Notes under the pieces: generated by a model | What the model was told of the DNA's origin: nothing | What the model saw: the letters and a program-made list of their open reading frames with translations, nothing else | Database searches by the model: none | Made by a program: the position numbers and the translations under genes | Shown here: one piece after another, positions 27,501-37,536 of the stretch | Layout of the letters: each line of letters begins with the position of its first letter | Numbering within the stretch: position 1 is the stretch's first letter | Assembly: GCA_963729895.1 (NCBI GenBank) | Contig: CAVSQB010000003.1 | Location: 147,868-211,867, forward strand | Length of the DNA: 64,000 nucleotides | Direction of reading: 5' to 3' | Source: an uncultured Fibrobacterota bacterium | GTDB taxonomy: Bacteria; Fibrobacterota; Chitinivibrionia; Chitinivibrionales; FEN-1185

Positions 27501-27632
27501 GATTGTTTCTCTTTACGGCCGGGCGCGACGAAGGCGGGACCGCCCAAGACGGCCCGGCATCAATCATAAATAATATATGTAAACACCGGCGGCAACTGGG
27601 GAGGAAGCAAAACCTGGAGGCAGAAACGGTTT

Positions 27633-27770
27633 TCAGAAGCTGGTGAAAGCAATGGACGGTTTTCCATTACCACCACAACTTGAAATCACAATTTGCGATT
27701 TCAAGCCATCGGGTTCAACTTTGGATAATTGAAATATGACATCTGCGGGGAACCGGTGAACCTGCTCCGC
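27633..27770 (-). pseudogene. Fragment of an ORF6N-domain gene
   Basis: RFPADVIFQLSKVEPDGLKSQIVISSCGG..IAFT aligns with RFPDDFMFQLTRDELKNLIFQFGTSRWGG..YAFT of 50598-51152. Confidence 0.7.
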
Positions 27771-27826
27771 GCCGTCCGACGGTTTCAGTGTTGATCGCCC
27801 AGAATATTGCGTGGCTGATTTTGATG

Positions 27827-29044
27827 TTATTTCACACTCATCACCTTCACCGTACTGCTGAATCCCTTTGCATCCATTCTGCAAATACCCCAAACCGGCA
27901 TCGTATTATTCCCTTCATTCAATCTCAGGTCATAATAACCCGCCTGCAGTTCTCTATTTACAAGAGTCGACATAAGGCGCCCTCTGGCGTCGAAAAGACG
28001 AACCCGCACCACAGCGCCGGAGTATCCGGCGATGCGCGGCACGGCTATCCGGACGCTGGACAGCCCGGCACTGTAGGAAATACCAAACGACGCGGGCGGA
28101 GAATTCCTTCTGTCCAAAACTGCGGTTGCCAAATCATAAACCGCAGTCAGCGTTGCATTGCCGCTGGTGAGAACCACCTTTGCGGTCTGGGCGGTCGAAT
28201 CGACCAACACGGCTGTTCCGGCGGTAATTCTCCATACCACAAAAATGCTTCCGGAAATCGCAGGCGCGGTCACCTGCACGGTGTCCCCGTAATTGACTGT
28301 CGTGTCTCTGTCGGCAACCGGAGCACCGGTTCCAATGACGTGCGCTACGGACAGCGCAAAGGTGTTTATATTCCACTGCGCGTAAAGCGTCACATTCGCC
28401 GTTCCCATGGAAAACGTTGCGCCGCCGGCATAGCCCGTACCGGTGCCGTTTGCCGCAGTGTTCCACCCCGCAAAGGTGGAACCGGTATTCACGAGACTTC
28501 CCGTGTTGCCAAGTACCGTGACCGTAGATCCCTGCGGGTAGCTGTTCGCATCAGTGGGGACCGTGCCGCCGGTATTACCATTGCCGGCGTAGGTTACCGT
28601 ATAGACATTTGCGACCAAACTCGCCAGAATAGCGATTCCGTTAGCTGAATATTTCGGTCCGCCAGATGCATAGGTGACTGTGGCAGGAATCTCTTGGGAG
28701 GTTGAAACGTGCCAAACCCTGTATCCGAGGGTGTCACCCGGCGTGGCGCCGTCAATTGTGCCGGTCTGGGTGTTTTGTCCCCAGACAGTTATGGTGATAT
28801 TGCTTCCCGTCCACACGCTGGCGCCCACGCACAAGCTGCCGTCAAATACTCCAATTTCGTCGCCGGTGGCTATGGCGGCCCCACCAACCGTCGGATTGAT
28901 GGATGCCTGGACCAGCACGGTCATGTTGTTACCCGTATTTGAGGTGAAAGTAAAATGGGTCTGGCTGTAAACTGTCCCGGCCATTATCAGGGACATGATT
29001 GCCGCGCAGCGTGCAGCACTCCTTCCGACTTTTGAAAACGTCAT
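27827..29044 (-). CDS. Secreted protein: unnamed N-domain, InlB B-repeat, C-terminal FlgD/T9SS-like domain
   Basis: GGAGG RBS, signal peptide, YTVTYAGNG..FAGWNTAANG..VTLYAQW (Listeria-Bacteroides repeat) and LFDARGRL. Confidence 0.8.
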   Translation of the reverse strand: MTFSKVGRSAARCAAIMSLIMAGTVYSQTHFTFTSNTGNNMTVLVQASINPTVGGAAIATGDEIGVFDGSLCVGASVWTGSNITITVWGQNTQTGTIDGATPGDTLGYRVWHVSTSQEIPATVTYASGGPKYSANGIAILASLVANVYTVTYAGNGNTGGTVPTDANSYPQGSTVTVLGNTGSLVNTGSTFAGWNTAANGTGTGYAGGATFSMGTANVTLYAQWNINTFALSVAHVIGTGAPVADRDTTVNYGDTVQVTAPAISGSIFVVWRITAGTAVLVDSTAQTAKVVLTSGNATLTAVYDLATAVLDRRNSPPASFGISYSAGLSSVRIAVPRIAGYSGAVVRVRLFDARGRLMSTLVNRELQAGYYDLRLNEGNNTMPVWGICRMDAKGFSSTVKVMSVK

Positions 29045-29128
29045 AAAGATCCTCCAGGTTTCGGGGCTGATTCTAATCTTCTTTGCAAGCGCTCTCCTTT
29101 AAGTGCCCAAACACGTGTCGCCTTTTCC

Positions 29129-32100
29129 TTATCTGACAATCATCAGCCGCACTTTGCTGTCAAAGGATTCGGCTTTCATCTGAACGATATACATCCCTGC
29201 GCCCGTGGTCGAGCCGTTCCACATGACCGTGTAATGGCCCGCGGCGTACTCGCCCGATGCAATCTGGCGCACCAGACGTCCGCTCACGTCAAACAGATTA
29301 ATCGTCAACTCGTGCAGGGTCTTGGCGTCGTACGCCACGTCAAACATGATTTTCATTATACCGCTGCCGGCCATGCATGTGCCATGCACGGCACATGCCT
29401 TGATGAAATAGGAGCTCGGAACCGACAGGCTTCCCAGGAATACTCCATTGTCGCTGTAGGACATTTTTGCAAGCGATTTCGATCCGCTTTCGCTGAATTC
29501 CAAAGGATACTCTTTCGATCCGTCCCACAGTTTCAGATTAATTGCCTCGCCTTTCGTAAGGCCATCCTTGATTTTCTTCTGGGAATTTTTGCCCCATACC
29601 GAGAACGCAGTCGCGCCCTTCATGACGACTCCCGACCCGACCAGATTGCCCTGGTCGTCATACGCCCCCACTTCCACTCCATCCGCGGCCGGCTTGCCGC
29701 ATAGCGACACATCAGTCGCCAGTATGGTGGCACTAACGCCCGTGTTCTTGTTGAGCACATAATGCTTGGCTAAAGGAAGGGCGATGGTTTTGTCGGCAGT
29801 CACTGCCCTCTTAGCCGCTCCCGCGTCCGGATACGTGAGCGTGACAGCCTGGTTCATATAGCTCATGTATCCCTGGCCAGGGTTCATCATGCCGATATTG
29901 TTTATCGAGTATTCGGGCCAGTACACGTCGCCGTTATTGTCCTTCACTATGGTTATCTGTGAAGTTATGCCTGCCAAGGCGGTCGTGATGTCCATGGAGG
30001 ACTGCGGCAGATAGGCGAACATATTCCACCCTGCACCAAGCGAAATAGGCGTCGTCGCCACATTGTAGGGCGTGCCCGGTATCGTGATTGTGTCAAGCGT
30101 GTCAGTGTAGAGCTGGTATCCCTGCCCGGTTGCCACGCTTCCTATGGTATTGACGCCATACAAAGGCCAGTAGACCTGTCCGTTGTTGTTCTTGACAAGA
30201 ACAATGCCCGGCAGGCTGCCGAATAGCGTGGCGCATGAGGAATCCACCGGATGCATGTTGAAGGAGATCATGTTCCAGCCCACATTCGCAATCACGGATT
30301 GCGGCCGCACAGTGGTAAAACTTGATACGGCAGACCACTGGCTCGTGCCCGCAGCGTTGGCCGCATTTATCTGCCAGTAGTAAACCGAGTTATTGGACAG
30401 CCCCGTTATCTGCTGAGAAGTTGCGGTCAGACCGGTGAAACTGTAAACAACGGACGAAAAATCAGGAACGGTTGACATCTGTAACCCGTAGGATGTTGCC
30501 CCGGTCGAGGCATTCCAGGCGAGAGTCGGACTGGTGGTAGTTCCTGCTGCGCCGTTTATCGGAGAGGCTATAGTCGGCGTCTGCGGGGTAGCAATAATGG
30601 TCGTGAAATTGAACGTGTCGGAATACCCGCTGTAACCGCCCGCATTCTTCGCGCCCACGCGCCAGTAGTACTGGGTACTGTTCGACAAGGCGATTGCCAC
30701 CGTCCATGTTGTGCCCGTGATGCTGTCTTTCTGACAGGCCAGCGTAGATAGGGCCGCGTCAGAAAAGATCTGCACCCGATACCCTGTGGCACCGGTCGAG
30801 CTTGTCCACGTCAGGGCCGGGCTTACCGATACACCGGTGGCGCCGGTGGCAGGAGACACGAGGGCCGGTACCGACGGCTTGGCAACTATGGACGTGAAAC
30901 TGAACGTGTCGGAATAGCCGCTGTAACCGCCCGCGTTCTTCGCGCCTACCCGCCAGTAGTACTGAGTACTGTTCGACAAGGCGATGGCCACCGTCCACGT
31001 TGTGCCCGTAATGCTGTCTTTCTGATACGCAAGCGTAGATAGGGCCGGGTCGGAAAAAATCTGCACCCGATACCCTGTGGCACCAGTCGCGCTTGTCCAG
31101 GTCAGGGCCGGGCTCACCGATACACCGGTGGCGCCGGTGGCAGGTGACACAAGGGCCGGCACCAACGGCTTGGCAATTATGGTCGTGAAATTGAACGTGT
31201 CGGAATACCCGCTGTAACCGCCCGCATTCTTCGCACCCACGCGCCAGTAGTACTGAGTACTGTTCGACAAGGCGATTGCCACGGTCCAGGTCGTGCCCGT
31301 GATGCTGTCCTTCTGATACGCAAGCGTGGATAGGGCCGCGTCGGAAAAGATCTGCACCCGATACCCTGTGGCGCCAGTCGCGCTTGTCCAGGTCAGGGCC
31401 GGGCTTACCGATACACCGGTGGTGCCCGTGGCAGGAGACACGAGGGCCGGTACCAACGGCTTGGCAACTATGGTCGTGAAATTAAACGTGTCGGAATACC
31501 CGCTGTAACCGCCCGCATTCTTCGCACCCACGCGCCAGTAGTACTGGGTATTATTCAGCAGGCTGACGGCCACCGTCCAGGTCGTTCCCGTGATACTGTC
31601 TTTCTGATAGGCCAGCGTGGATAGGGCCGGGTCGGAAAAAATCTGCAGCCGATATCCTGTGGCACCGGTCGCGCTTGTCCAGGTCAGGGCCGGGCTCACC
31701 GATACACCGGTGGCGCCGGTGGCAGGAGACACGAGAGCGGGCACCAACGGCTTGGCAATTATGGTCGTGAAATTGAACGTGTCGGAATATGCGCCGTAGC
31801 CGCTGATGTTCTTCGCATCCACGCGCCAGTAGTACTGCGTGCTGTTCAGCAGGCTGACGGCCACGGTCCATGTTGTGCCGGTGATGCTGTCCTTCTGATA
31901 GGCAAGCGTAGAAAGGGCAGGGTCGGAAAAGATCTGCAGCCGATACCCTGTGGCGCCGGTCGCGCTTGTCCAGGTCAAGGCCGGACTTACCGATACCCCG
32001 GTGGCGCCATTTGCAGGAGACACGAGGGCCGGCACTGTGGGCAAATAAATCACAGTAAAATTCCAAGCAGAAGACCATCCGCTGGTACCACCCGCATTAG

Positions 32101-35100
32101 TGGCGTTTACTCTCCAGTAATAAACCGTGTTGTTCGTGGCCGCACCTGGTACTCCCAGAGACGTTGAAGTGAGACCCGATTGATCATAGACAATTGATAA
32201 GAAATCGGATGACGCAGATACTTGAAGTTCGTAGGACGTTGCACCGGCCGCATTGTTCCAAGACAATGTCGGACTGGGCAGCGTGGTTGCCCCTGTGGAC
32301 GGAGAAGCAAGCGCAGGAGCTGGTGGTGCTGCTACAATAGTCGTGAAATTTGATACAGTTGACCAGGAACTCGTCGCTCCGGCATTCGAGGCATTGACTC
32401 TCCAATAGTACATGGTATTGTTGGAGGTTACACCTGTCACTGCCTGAGACGTTGAAGTAAGACCGGGTTGATCATAAACAGTTGAAGAAAAACCGGCCGA
32501 TAAGGACACTTGAAGCTCGTACGAAGATGCAGTCGCCACACTCCCCCACGATAAAGTCGAGTTGAGCGCAACACCGGTCGCCCCGCTGGCCGGCAAAGAA
32601 AGTGCCGGCGCAGAAAGAGGCGTGACCGTCAGCGTTGCATTTGTTGAGGTGGCTGATCCATACGGATTTGTTGCCACGCAATAGAACTGGGCCCCGTTGT
32701 CACTCGTGCTTGTCGCCGGCGTCGTGTAAGAACTTAAAGTGGCGCCAAGAATGGACGCTGAGTTCTTGTACCACTGATAAGTCAACGTGGGGCTGCCTGT
32801 TGCCCCAACTGTGAATGTCGCGGTTAATCCGGCAGTGGCACTCTGATTTGCAGGTTGCGTGGTAATTGAAGGAGGCACATTTACCGTCAGCGTTGCTGAT
32901 GTTGATGTTGAGCTGGCAGACCCCGGCGAGCACGTATTCGTAACCACGCAATAAAATGCAGACCCATTATCAGTTGGAACTGTTGCGGGCGTCGTGTACG
33001 TTGCCGCAGTCGCTCCGCTCGTAATGAGGGCGCTATTCTTATACCATTGATAGCTTAATGTTCCGGTACCGGTTGCCGTCACCGAGAAGGTTGCAGTTTG
33101 TCCGGAAATGACACTTGCATTTGAAGGATTGGCAGCAATCGTAGGGGACAAATTTAGATCCACTGTAATTGATGTTGCATTGTAGTGAACGGCAGGAGTA
33201 TAGCAGCCGCCGGCTGTGACAGACGAAAAGGTGCCGCTGATGCCGCCTGCGGGTTTGGCAACTTGCACGATAGTGACTCCGGTTACCGGTCCGGAGAGTC
33301 CGGTGACATCAATGACCAGCGGCACGCCGGCGGCGTTGAAAATCGCACCGGCATTGCTGAGGTAAACTATATCAGCTGTGCTCGAAGGTGCTTTGATCTT
33401 CAAAGTGGAAGTGGCATTGAAGGCAGGACCTGTGGCATTTGACAAGGTCAAGGTTCCGGTGCTGCCGCTCAAAGTCGGCTCAATGGTGCCGCCGTTGCTG
33501 ACTGTCACGGCACCATTCACAGTGCCGGTGCCGCCCAAAGTGCCCCCGCTTTGAACCGTTACCGCGCTCCCTGGAGCAGTCGAGCCGTTGACTGAAAGCA
33601 TGCCTCCGCTGATTGTCGTTGTGCCGGTGTAGGTGTTTGCACCGGAAAGCGTAATGGTTCCGGTGCCGGTTTTAATCAGCGCGCCGGTGCCGGAAATTAT
33701 CCCTGCATAGGCGGCGGGACTGGTATTGTCACTGCCTACTGTCAAGGTGGCGGCTCCGAGAACCACAGTGCCGCCGGCTGCGCCGCCGCCCGTGAGTGAT
33801 CCGATCGAGTTGTTGTAGCCGGTGATATTGAGAATCGCTCCCGCAGCATTCGCCACCGTCACCGCAGAATTACCAAATGCGGATGTTGAGCCCGCAGCCA
33901 GTGTTCCCGCATTGATTATCGTCGCGCCGGTATAGGTGTTGGATCCGGCAAAGGTTAGCGTTCCGCCGCCGGCTTTCGTCAAAGAATAGCCGCCGCTTAT
34001 CGCTCCGCCGACTGTCAAGGTACTCGCGTTCACCGTAACCTGGCAGTTAGCGCCTGGTGAGACCGCGCCTGCGCCCATGTTCAGGGCATTCGTACCGCCA
34101 AAGGTGAAGTTCCCGTTCCATGCCTGCGGATAATTCGACATGGTGAGCGCCCCTGCCGTGGTATTGATTGTTCCGCCTGCAATGGTGAAAGTCCCGGCTG
34201 CATTTCCCAGGGCAGATGCATTATTGATGTTAAGCGTTCCGGCATTCAGCGTAAAGCCGCCGGTGAAGGTGTTCGCGCCGGAGAGAGTAAGGGTTCCGCC
34301 GCCGGCTTGAGCCAAAGAATAGCCGCCGCCTATCACTCCGCCGACCGTCAAAGTACTCCCGTTCACCGTAACCAGGCAGTTGGTCCCCAGCGAGACGGCG
34401 CCCGTGCCCATGTTCAGGTTATTGGTACCCGCAAAGGTGAAGTTTGCGTTCCATGCCTGCGGATAATTCGCCATGGTGAGCGACCCGCCCGTGCTGCTGT
34501 TGATCGTTCCGCCTGCAATAGTGAAAATCCCGGTTGCAGCGCCCAAGGCCGAGGAATTGTTGATGTTCAGCGTTCCGGCATTCAGCGTAAAGCCGCCGGT
34601 GAAGGAGTTTGCGCCGGAAAGAGTAAGGGTTCCAGCGCCGGCTTTCGCCAAAGAATAGCCGCCGCTTATCAATCCGCCGACCGTTAAGGTACTCGCGTTG
34701 GCCGTAACCAGGCAGTTTGCGCCCAGCGAGACCGTGCCGGTGCCCATGTTCAGGGAACTCGTCCCGGTAAAGGTGAAGTTTCCGTTCCATGCCTGCGGAT
34801 AATTCGACATGGTGAGCGCACCGGCTGTATTATTGATGGTGGTTCCGCCTGCAATGGTGAAAGTCCCGGTAGCAGCACCCAAGGCCGACCCATTGTTGAT
34901 ATTCAGGGTTCCGGCATTCAGGGTAAAGCCGCCCGTAAAGGTATTTGTGCCCGAAAGAGTAAGGGTGCCTGCGCCGGTTTGAGTCAAAGAATAACCGCCG
35001 CTTATCGCCCCGCCGACTGTCAAAGTGTTGGCGCCCAGAGTAACCTGGGTGTTGGCGCCCAGTGCCACCGCGCCCGTACCCATGTTCAGGTTATTGGTAC

Positions 35101-37378
35101 CCGTAAAGGTGAAGTTTCCGTTCCATGCCTGCGGATAATTCACCATGGTGACGGTTCCACCCGTGGTATTATTGATGGTGGTTCCGGGCGCAATGGTGAA
35201 AGTCCCGGCCGCATTTCCCAGGGCCGATGCATTGTTGATGTTCAGGGTTCCGGCATTCAGCGAAAAGCCGCCGGTAAAGGTGTTTGCGCCGGAAAGAGTA
35301 AGGATGCCGGCGCCTGCTTCAGCCAGAGAATAACCGCCGCTTATCACTCCGCCGACTGTCAAGGTGCTGGCGCCCAGAGTAACCTGGGTGTTGGCGCCAA
35401 GTGTGACCGCTCCGGCACCCATGTTCAAGGTATTCGTTCCGGTAAAGGTGAAGTTCCCGTTCCATGTTTGCGGATGATTCACCATGGTGATTGCCTCGCC
35501 CGTGGTATTATTGATGGTGGTTCCACCTGCAATAGTGAAAATTCCGGCAGCAGTACCCAGGGCCGATGCATTGTTGATGTTCATCGTTCCGCCATTCAGC
35601 GTAAAACCACCGGTAAAGGTGTTTGCTGCGGTAAGAGTGAGGGTTCCGGTGCCGGTCTTTATAACTGCACCAGTGCCGGAAATAATCCCTGCATAGGCGG
35701 CAGGGCTGGTATTATCACCGCCGACCGTCAAGGTGGCGGCTCCGAGAGTCACATTGCCGCCCGCTGCGCCGCCGCCCGTGAGTGATCCGATTGAATTGTT
35801 GTAACCGGTAATGTTGAGAACCGCTCCTGCAGTGTTGGCCAATACCACCGCAGAATTAGTGCCGAATGCAGATGTTGAGCCTGCAGCCAGAGTTCCCGCG
35901 TTAATTGTCGTGGCCCCGGTGTAGGTGTTTGCACCGGAAATGGTAAGAGTTCCTGCGCCGGCTTTAGTCAAGGCATGGCCGCCGCTTATCACTCCGCCAA
36001 CCGTCAGGGTGCTTGCGCCCACCGTAACCTGGCAGTTAGCGCCTGTTGAGACCGCGCCCGCACCCATGTTCAGGGCATTCGCACCGGTAAAGGTGTAGTT
36101 CCCGTTCCATATCTGCGGATAATTCACCAAGGTGATTGCCCCGCCCGCGGTATTATTGATGGTGGTTCCGGCTGCAATGGTAAATTTCCCGGCCGCATTT
36201 CCCAAGGCCGATGCATTATTGATGTTCAGGGTTCCTGCATTGAGGGTAAAACCGCCGGTGAAGGTGTTCGCGCCCGAAAGGGTAAGGGTGCCTGCGCCGG
36301 TTTGAGACAAAGAATAGCCGCCGCCTACCACGCCGCCGACTGTCAAAGTGCTCGCATCCACGGTAATCTGGCTGTTGGCGCCCAGCGAGACCGAGCCCGT
36401 GCCCATGTTCAGGGCACTTGTGCCGGTAAAGGTGAAGTTCCCGTTCCATGTCTGCGGATAATTCGACATGGTGATCGCCCCGGCCGTGGTATTATTGATG
36501 GTTGTTCCGGCTGCAATGGTGAAAGTCCCTGCCGCATTTCCCAAGGCCGATGCATTGTTGATATTCAGGGTTCCGCCATTCAGCGTAAAACCGCCGGTAA
36601 AGGTGTTTGCGCCCGAAAGGGTAATGGTGCCTGCGCCGGCTTGAGTCAAAGAATAGCCGCCGCTTATCACTCCGCCGACTGCAAAAGTGCTCGCGTTCGC
36701 GGTAACCTGGCAGTTGGTCCCCAGCGAGACCGCGCCGGTGCCCATGGTCAGGGCATTCGTGCCGGCAAAGGTATAGTTCCCGTTCCAGACCTGCGCATTA
36801 TTATTCTTTAGCGTGATAGGTCCCCCGCTCGTGTTGTCTATCGTCGTGCCCGAGCCATACGTGATAGCTCCGGTGCCGATCGCTGTCGCGCTATTGATAT
36901 TGAGTTGTCCGGCCGAAAGAGTGGTGCCTCCCGTATAGGTGTTTGCACCGGAAAGAGTGAGAGCGCCGACCCCTGTTTTATTCAAAGCAACCGTGCCGTT
37001 TCCGGCAATGACTGAGCTGATGGTGGCAATTCCGGAAACGTTGACGTTAATGATGCCGGCGCCAGTCGGATTCAGAGTGATGGTGCTGCCGCTCACGGAG
37101 TATCCGCTGACATTAAATGTAATGGAGTTGGGATTATTCGGCAACGCCGCGGTCACAGCGCAGGCAGTGTCATCAAAAATGGCATCATCTCCAGCGGCGA
37201 ATTTCTGGTTGGCAGTACCTCCCGAAGTGAGGGACCAATTAACATTAGTTGCATTCCACGTGCCGTCGCCACCGACCCAATATTTGGTTGCCGCTCCAGC
37301 TCCCTGCCACATCGTCATCAAGATCAATGCCGCAATAACAAACGTAGCGTTTCGAGCGAAAACCCTTTTTGCAGCCAT
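29129..37378 (-). CDS. Giant secreted surface protein/adhesin (2749 aa)
   Basis: Signal peptide; about 11 autotransporter-associated LTLSGANTxTG repeats (~113-aa units); two Ig domains; eight FN3-like YYWRV domains; C-terminal LFDVSGRLV domain; no terminal beta-barrel. Confidence 0.88.
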   Translation of the reverse strand: MAAKRVFARNATFVIAALILMTMWQGAGAATKYWVGGDGTWNATNVNWSLTSGGTANQKFAAGDDAIFDDTACAVTAALPNNPNSITFNVSGYSVSGSTITLNPTGAGIINVNVSGIATISSVIAGNGTVALNKTGVGALTLSGANTYTGGTTLSAGQLNINSATAIGTGAITYGSGTTIDNTSGGPITLKNNNAQVWNGNYTFAGTNALTMGTGAVSLGTNCQVTANASTFAVGGVISGGYSLTQAGAGTITLSGANTFTGGFTLNGGTLNINNASALGNAAGTFTIAAGTTINNTTAGAITMSNYPQTWNGNFTFTGTSALNMGTGSVSLGANSQITVDASTLTVGGVVGGGYSLSQTGAGTLTLSGANTFTGGFTLNAGTLNINNASALGNAAGKFTIAAGTTINNTAGGAITLVNYPQIWNGNYTFTGANALNMGAGAVSTGANCQVTVGASTLTVGGVISGGHALTKAGAGTLTISGANTYTGATTINAGTLAAGSTSAFGTNSAVVLANTAGAVLNITGYNNSIGSLTGGGAAGGNVTLGAATLTVGGDNTSPAAYAGIISGTGAVIKTGTGTLTLTAANTFTGGFTLNGGTMNINNASALGTAAGIFTIAGGTTINNTTGEAITMVNHPQTWNGNFTFTGTNTLNMGAGAVTLGANTQVTLGASTLTVGGVISGGYSLAEAGAGILTLSGANTFTGGFSLNAGTLNINNASALGNAAGTFTIAPGTTINNTTGGTVTMVNYPQAWNGNFTFTGTNNLNMGTGAVALGANTQVTLGANTLTVGGAISGGYSLTQTGAGTLTLSGTNTFTGGFTLNAGTLNINNGSALGAATGTFTIAGGTTINNTAGALTMSNYPQAWNGNFTFTGTSSLNMGTGTVSLGANCLVTANASTLTVGGLISGGYSLAKAGAGTLTLSGANSFTGGFTLNAGTLNINNSSALGAATGIFTIAGGTINSSTGGSLTMANYPQAWNANFTFAGTNNLNMGTGAVSLGTNCLVTVNGSTLTVGGVIGGGYSLAQAGGGTLTLSGANTFTGGFTLNAGTLNINNASALGNAAGTFTIAGGTINTTAGALTMSNYPQAWNGNFTFGGTNALNMGAGAVSPGANCQVTVNASTLTVGGAISGGYSLTKAGGGTLTFAGSNTYTGATIINAGTLAAGSTSAFGNSAVTVANAAGAILNITGYNNSIGSLTGGGAAGGTVVLGAATLTVGSDNTSPAAYAGIISGTGALIKTGTGTITLSGANTYTGTTTISGGMLSVNGSTAPGSAVTVQSGGTLGGTGTVNGAVTVSNGGTIEPTLSGSTGTLTLSNATGPAFNATSTLKIKAPSSTADIVYLSNAGAIFNAAGVPLVIDVTGLSGPVTGVTIVQVAKPAGGISGTFSSVTAGGCYTPAVHYNATSITVDLNLSPTIAANPSNASVISGQTATFSVTATGTGTLSYQWYKNSALITSGATAATYTTPATVPTDNGSAFYCVVTNTCSPGSASSTSTSATLTVNVPPSITTQPANQSATAGLTATFTVGATGSPTLTYQWYKNSASILGATLSSYTTPATSTSDNGAQFYCVATNPYGSATSTNATLTVTPLSAPALSLPASGATGVALNSTLSWGSVATASSYELQVSLSAGFSSTVYDQPGLTSTSQAVTGVTSNNTMYYWRVNASNAGATSSWSTVSNFTTIVAAPPAPALASPSTGATTLPSPTLSWNNAAGATSYELQVSASSDFLSIVYDQSGLTSTSLGVPGAATNNTVYYWRVNATNAGGTSGWSSAWNFTVIYLPTVPALVSPANGATGVSVSPALTWTSATGATGYRLQIFSDPALSTLAYQKDSITGTTWTVAVSLLNSTQYYWRVDAKNISGYGAYSDTFNFTTIIAKPLVPALVSPATGATGVSVSPALTWTSATGATGYRLQIFSDPALSTLAYQKDSITGTTWTVAVSLLNNTQYYWRVGAKNAGGYSGYSDTFNFTTIVAKPLVPALVSPATGTTGVSVSPALTWTSATGATGYRVQIFSDAALSTLAYQKDSITGTTWTVAIALSNSTQYYWRVGAKNAGGYSGYSDTFNFTTIIAKPLVPALVSPATGATGVSVSPALTWTSATGATGYRVQIFSDPALSTLAYQKDSITGTTWTVAIALSNSTQYYWRVGAKNAGGYSGYSDTFSFTSIVAKPSVPALVSPATGATGVSVSPALTWTSSTGATGYRVQIFSDAALSTLACQKDSITGTTWTVAIALSNSTQYYWRVGAKNAGGYSGYSDTFNFTTIIATPQTPTIASPINGAAGTTTSPTLAWNASTGATSYGLQMSTVPDFSSVVYSFTGLTATSQQITGLSNNSVYYWQINAANAAGTSQWSAVSSFTTVRPQSVIANVGWNMISFNMHPVDSSCATLFGSLPGIVLVKNNNGQVYWPLYGVNTIGSVATGQGYQLYTDTLDTITIPGTPYNVATTPISLGAGWNMFAYLPQSSMDITTALAGITSQITIVKDNNGDVYWPEYSINNIGMMNPGQGYMSYMNQAVTLTYPDAGAAKRAVTADKTIALPLAKHYVLNKNTGVSATILATDVSLCGKPAADGVEVGAYDDQGNLVGSGVVMKGATAFSVWGKNSQKKIKDGLTKGEAINLKLWDGSKEYPLEFSESGSKSLAKMSYSDNGVFLGSLSVPSSYFIKACAVHGTCMAGSGIMKIMFDVAYDAKTLHELTINLFDVSGRLVRQIASGEYAAGHYTVMWNGSTTGAGMYIVQMKAESFDSKVRLMIVR

Positions 37379-37483
37379 CCTATGCCTCCCCTTGATTTCG
37401 ATGTCGGTTTCGGAGGTTAATTTCCGATCACCCTGAAATGGGCTAGATTTCTGGAATGAACTTATACGCTTAACTCAGCCTCA

Positions 37484-37511
37484 ATTATATCTCCTTTCAA
37501 AAAAATTGCAA
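37484..37511 (-). promoter_or_regulatory. Candidate sigma70 promoter for the giant protein gene
   Basis: Minus strand TTGCAA-N16-TATAAT, about 105 bp upstream of the ATG. Confidence 0.55.
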
Positions 37512-37536
37512 CATTTTTTTTGATTTTATTTCTTAC

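Noticed and set aside
29129..37378. Internal repeats as a CRISPR array or DGR template/variable pair
   Set aside because: The repeats are in-frame coding units with mostly synonymous changes. There are no spacers, cas genes or reverse transcriptase in the window.
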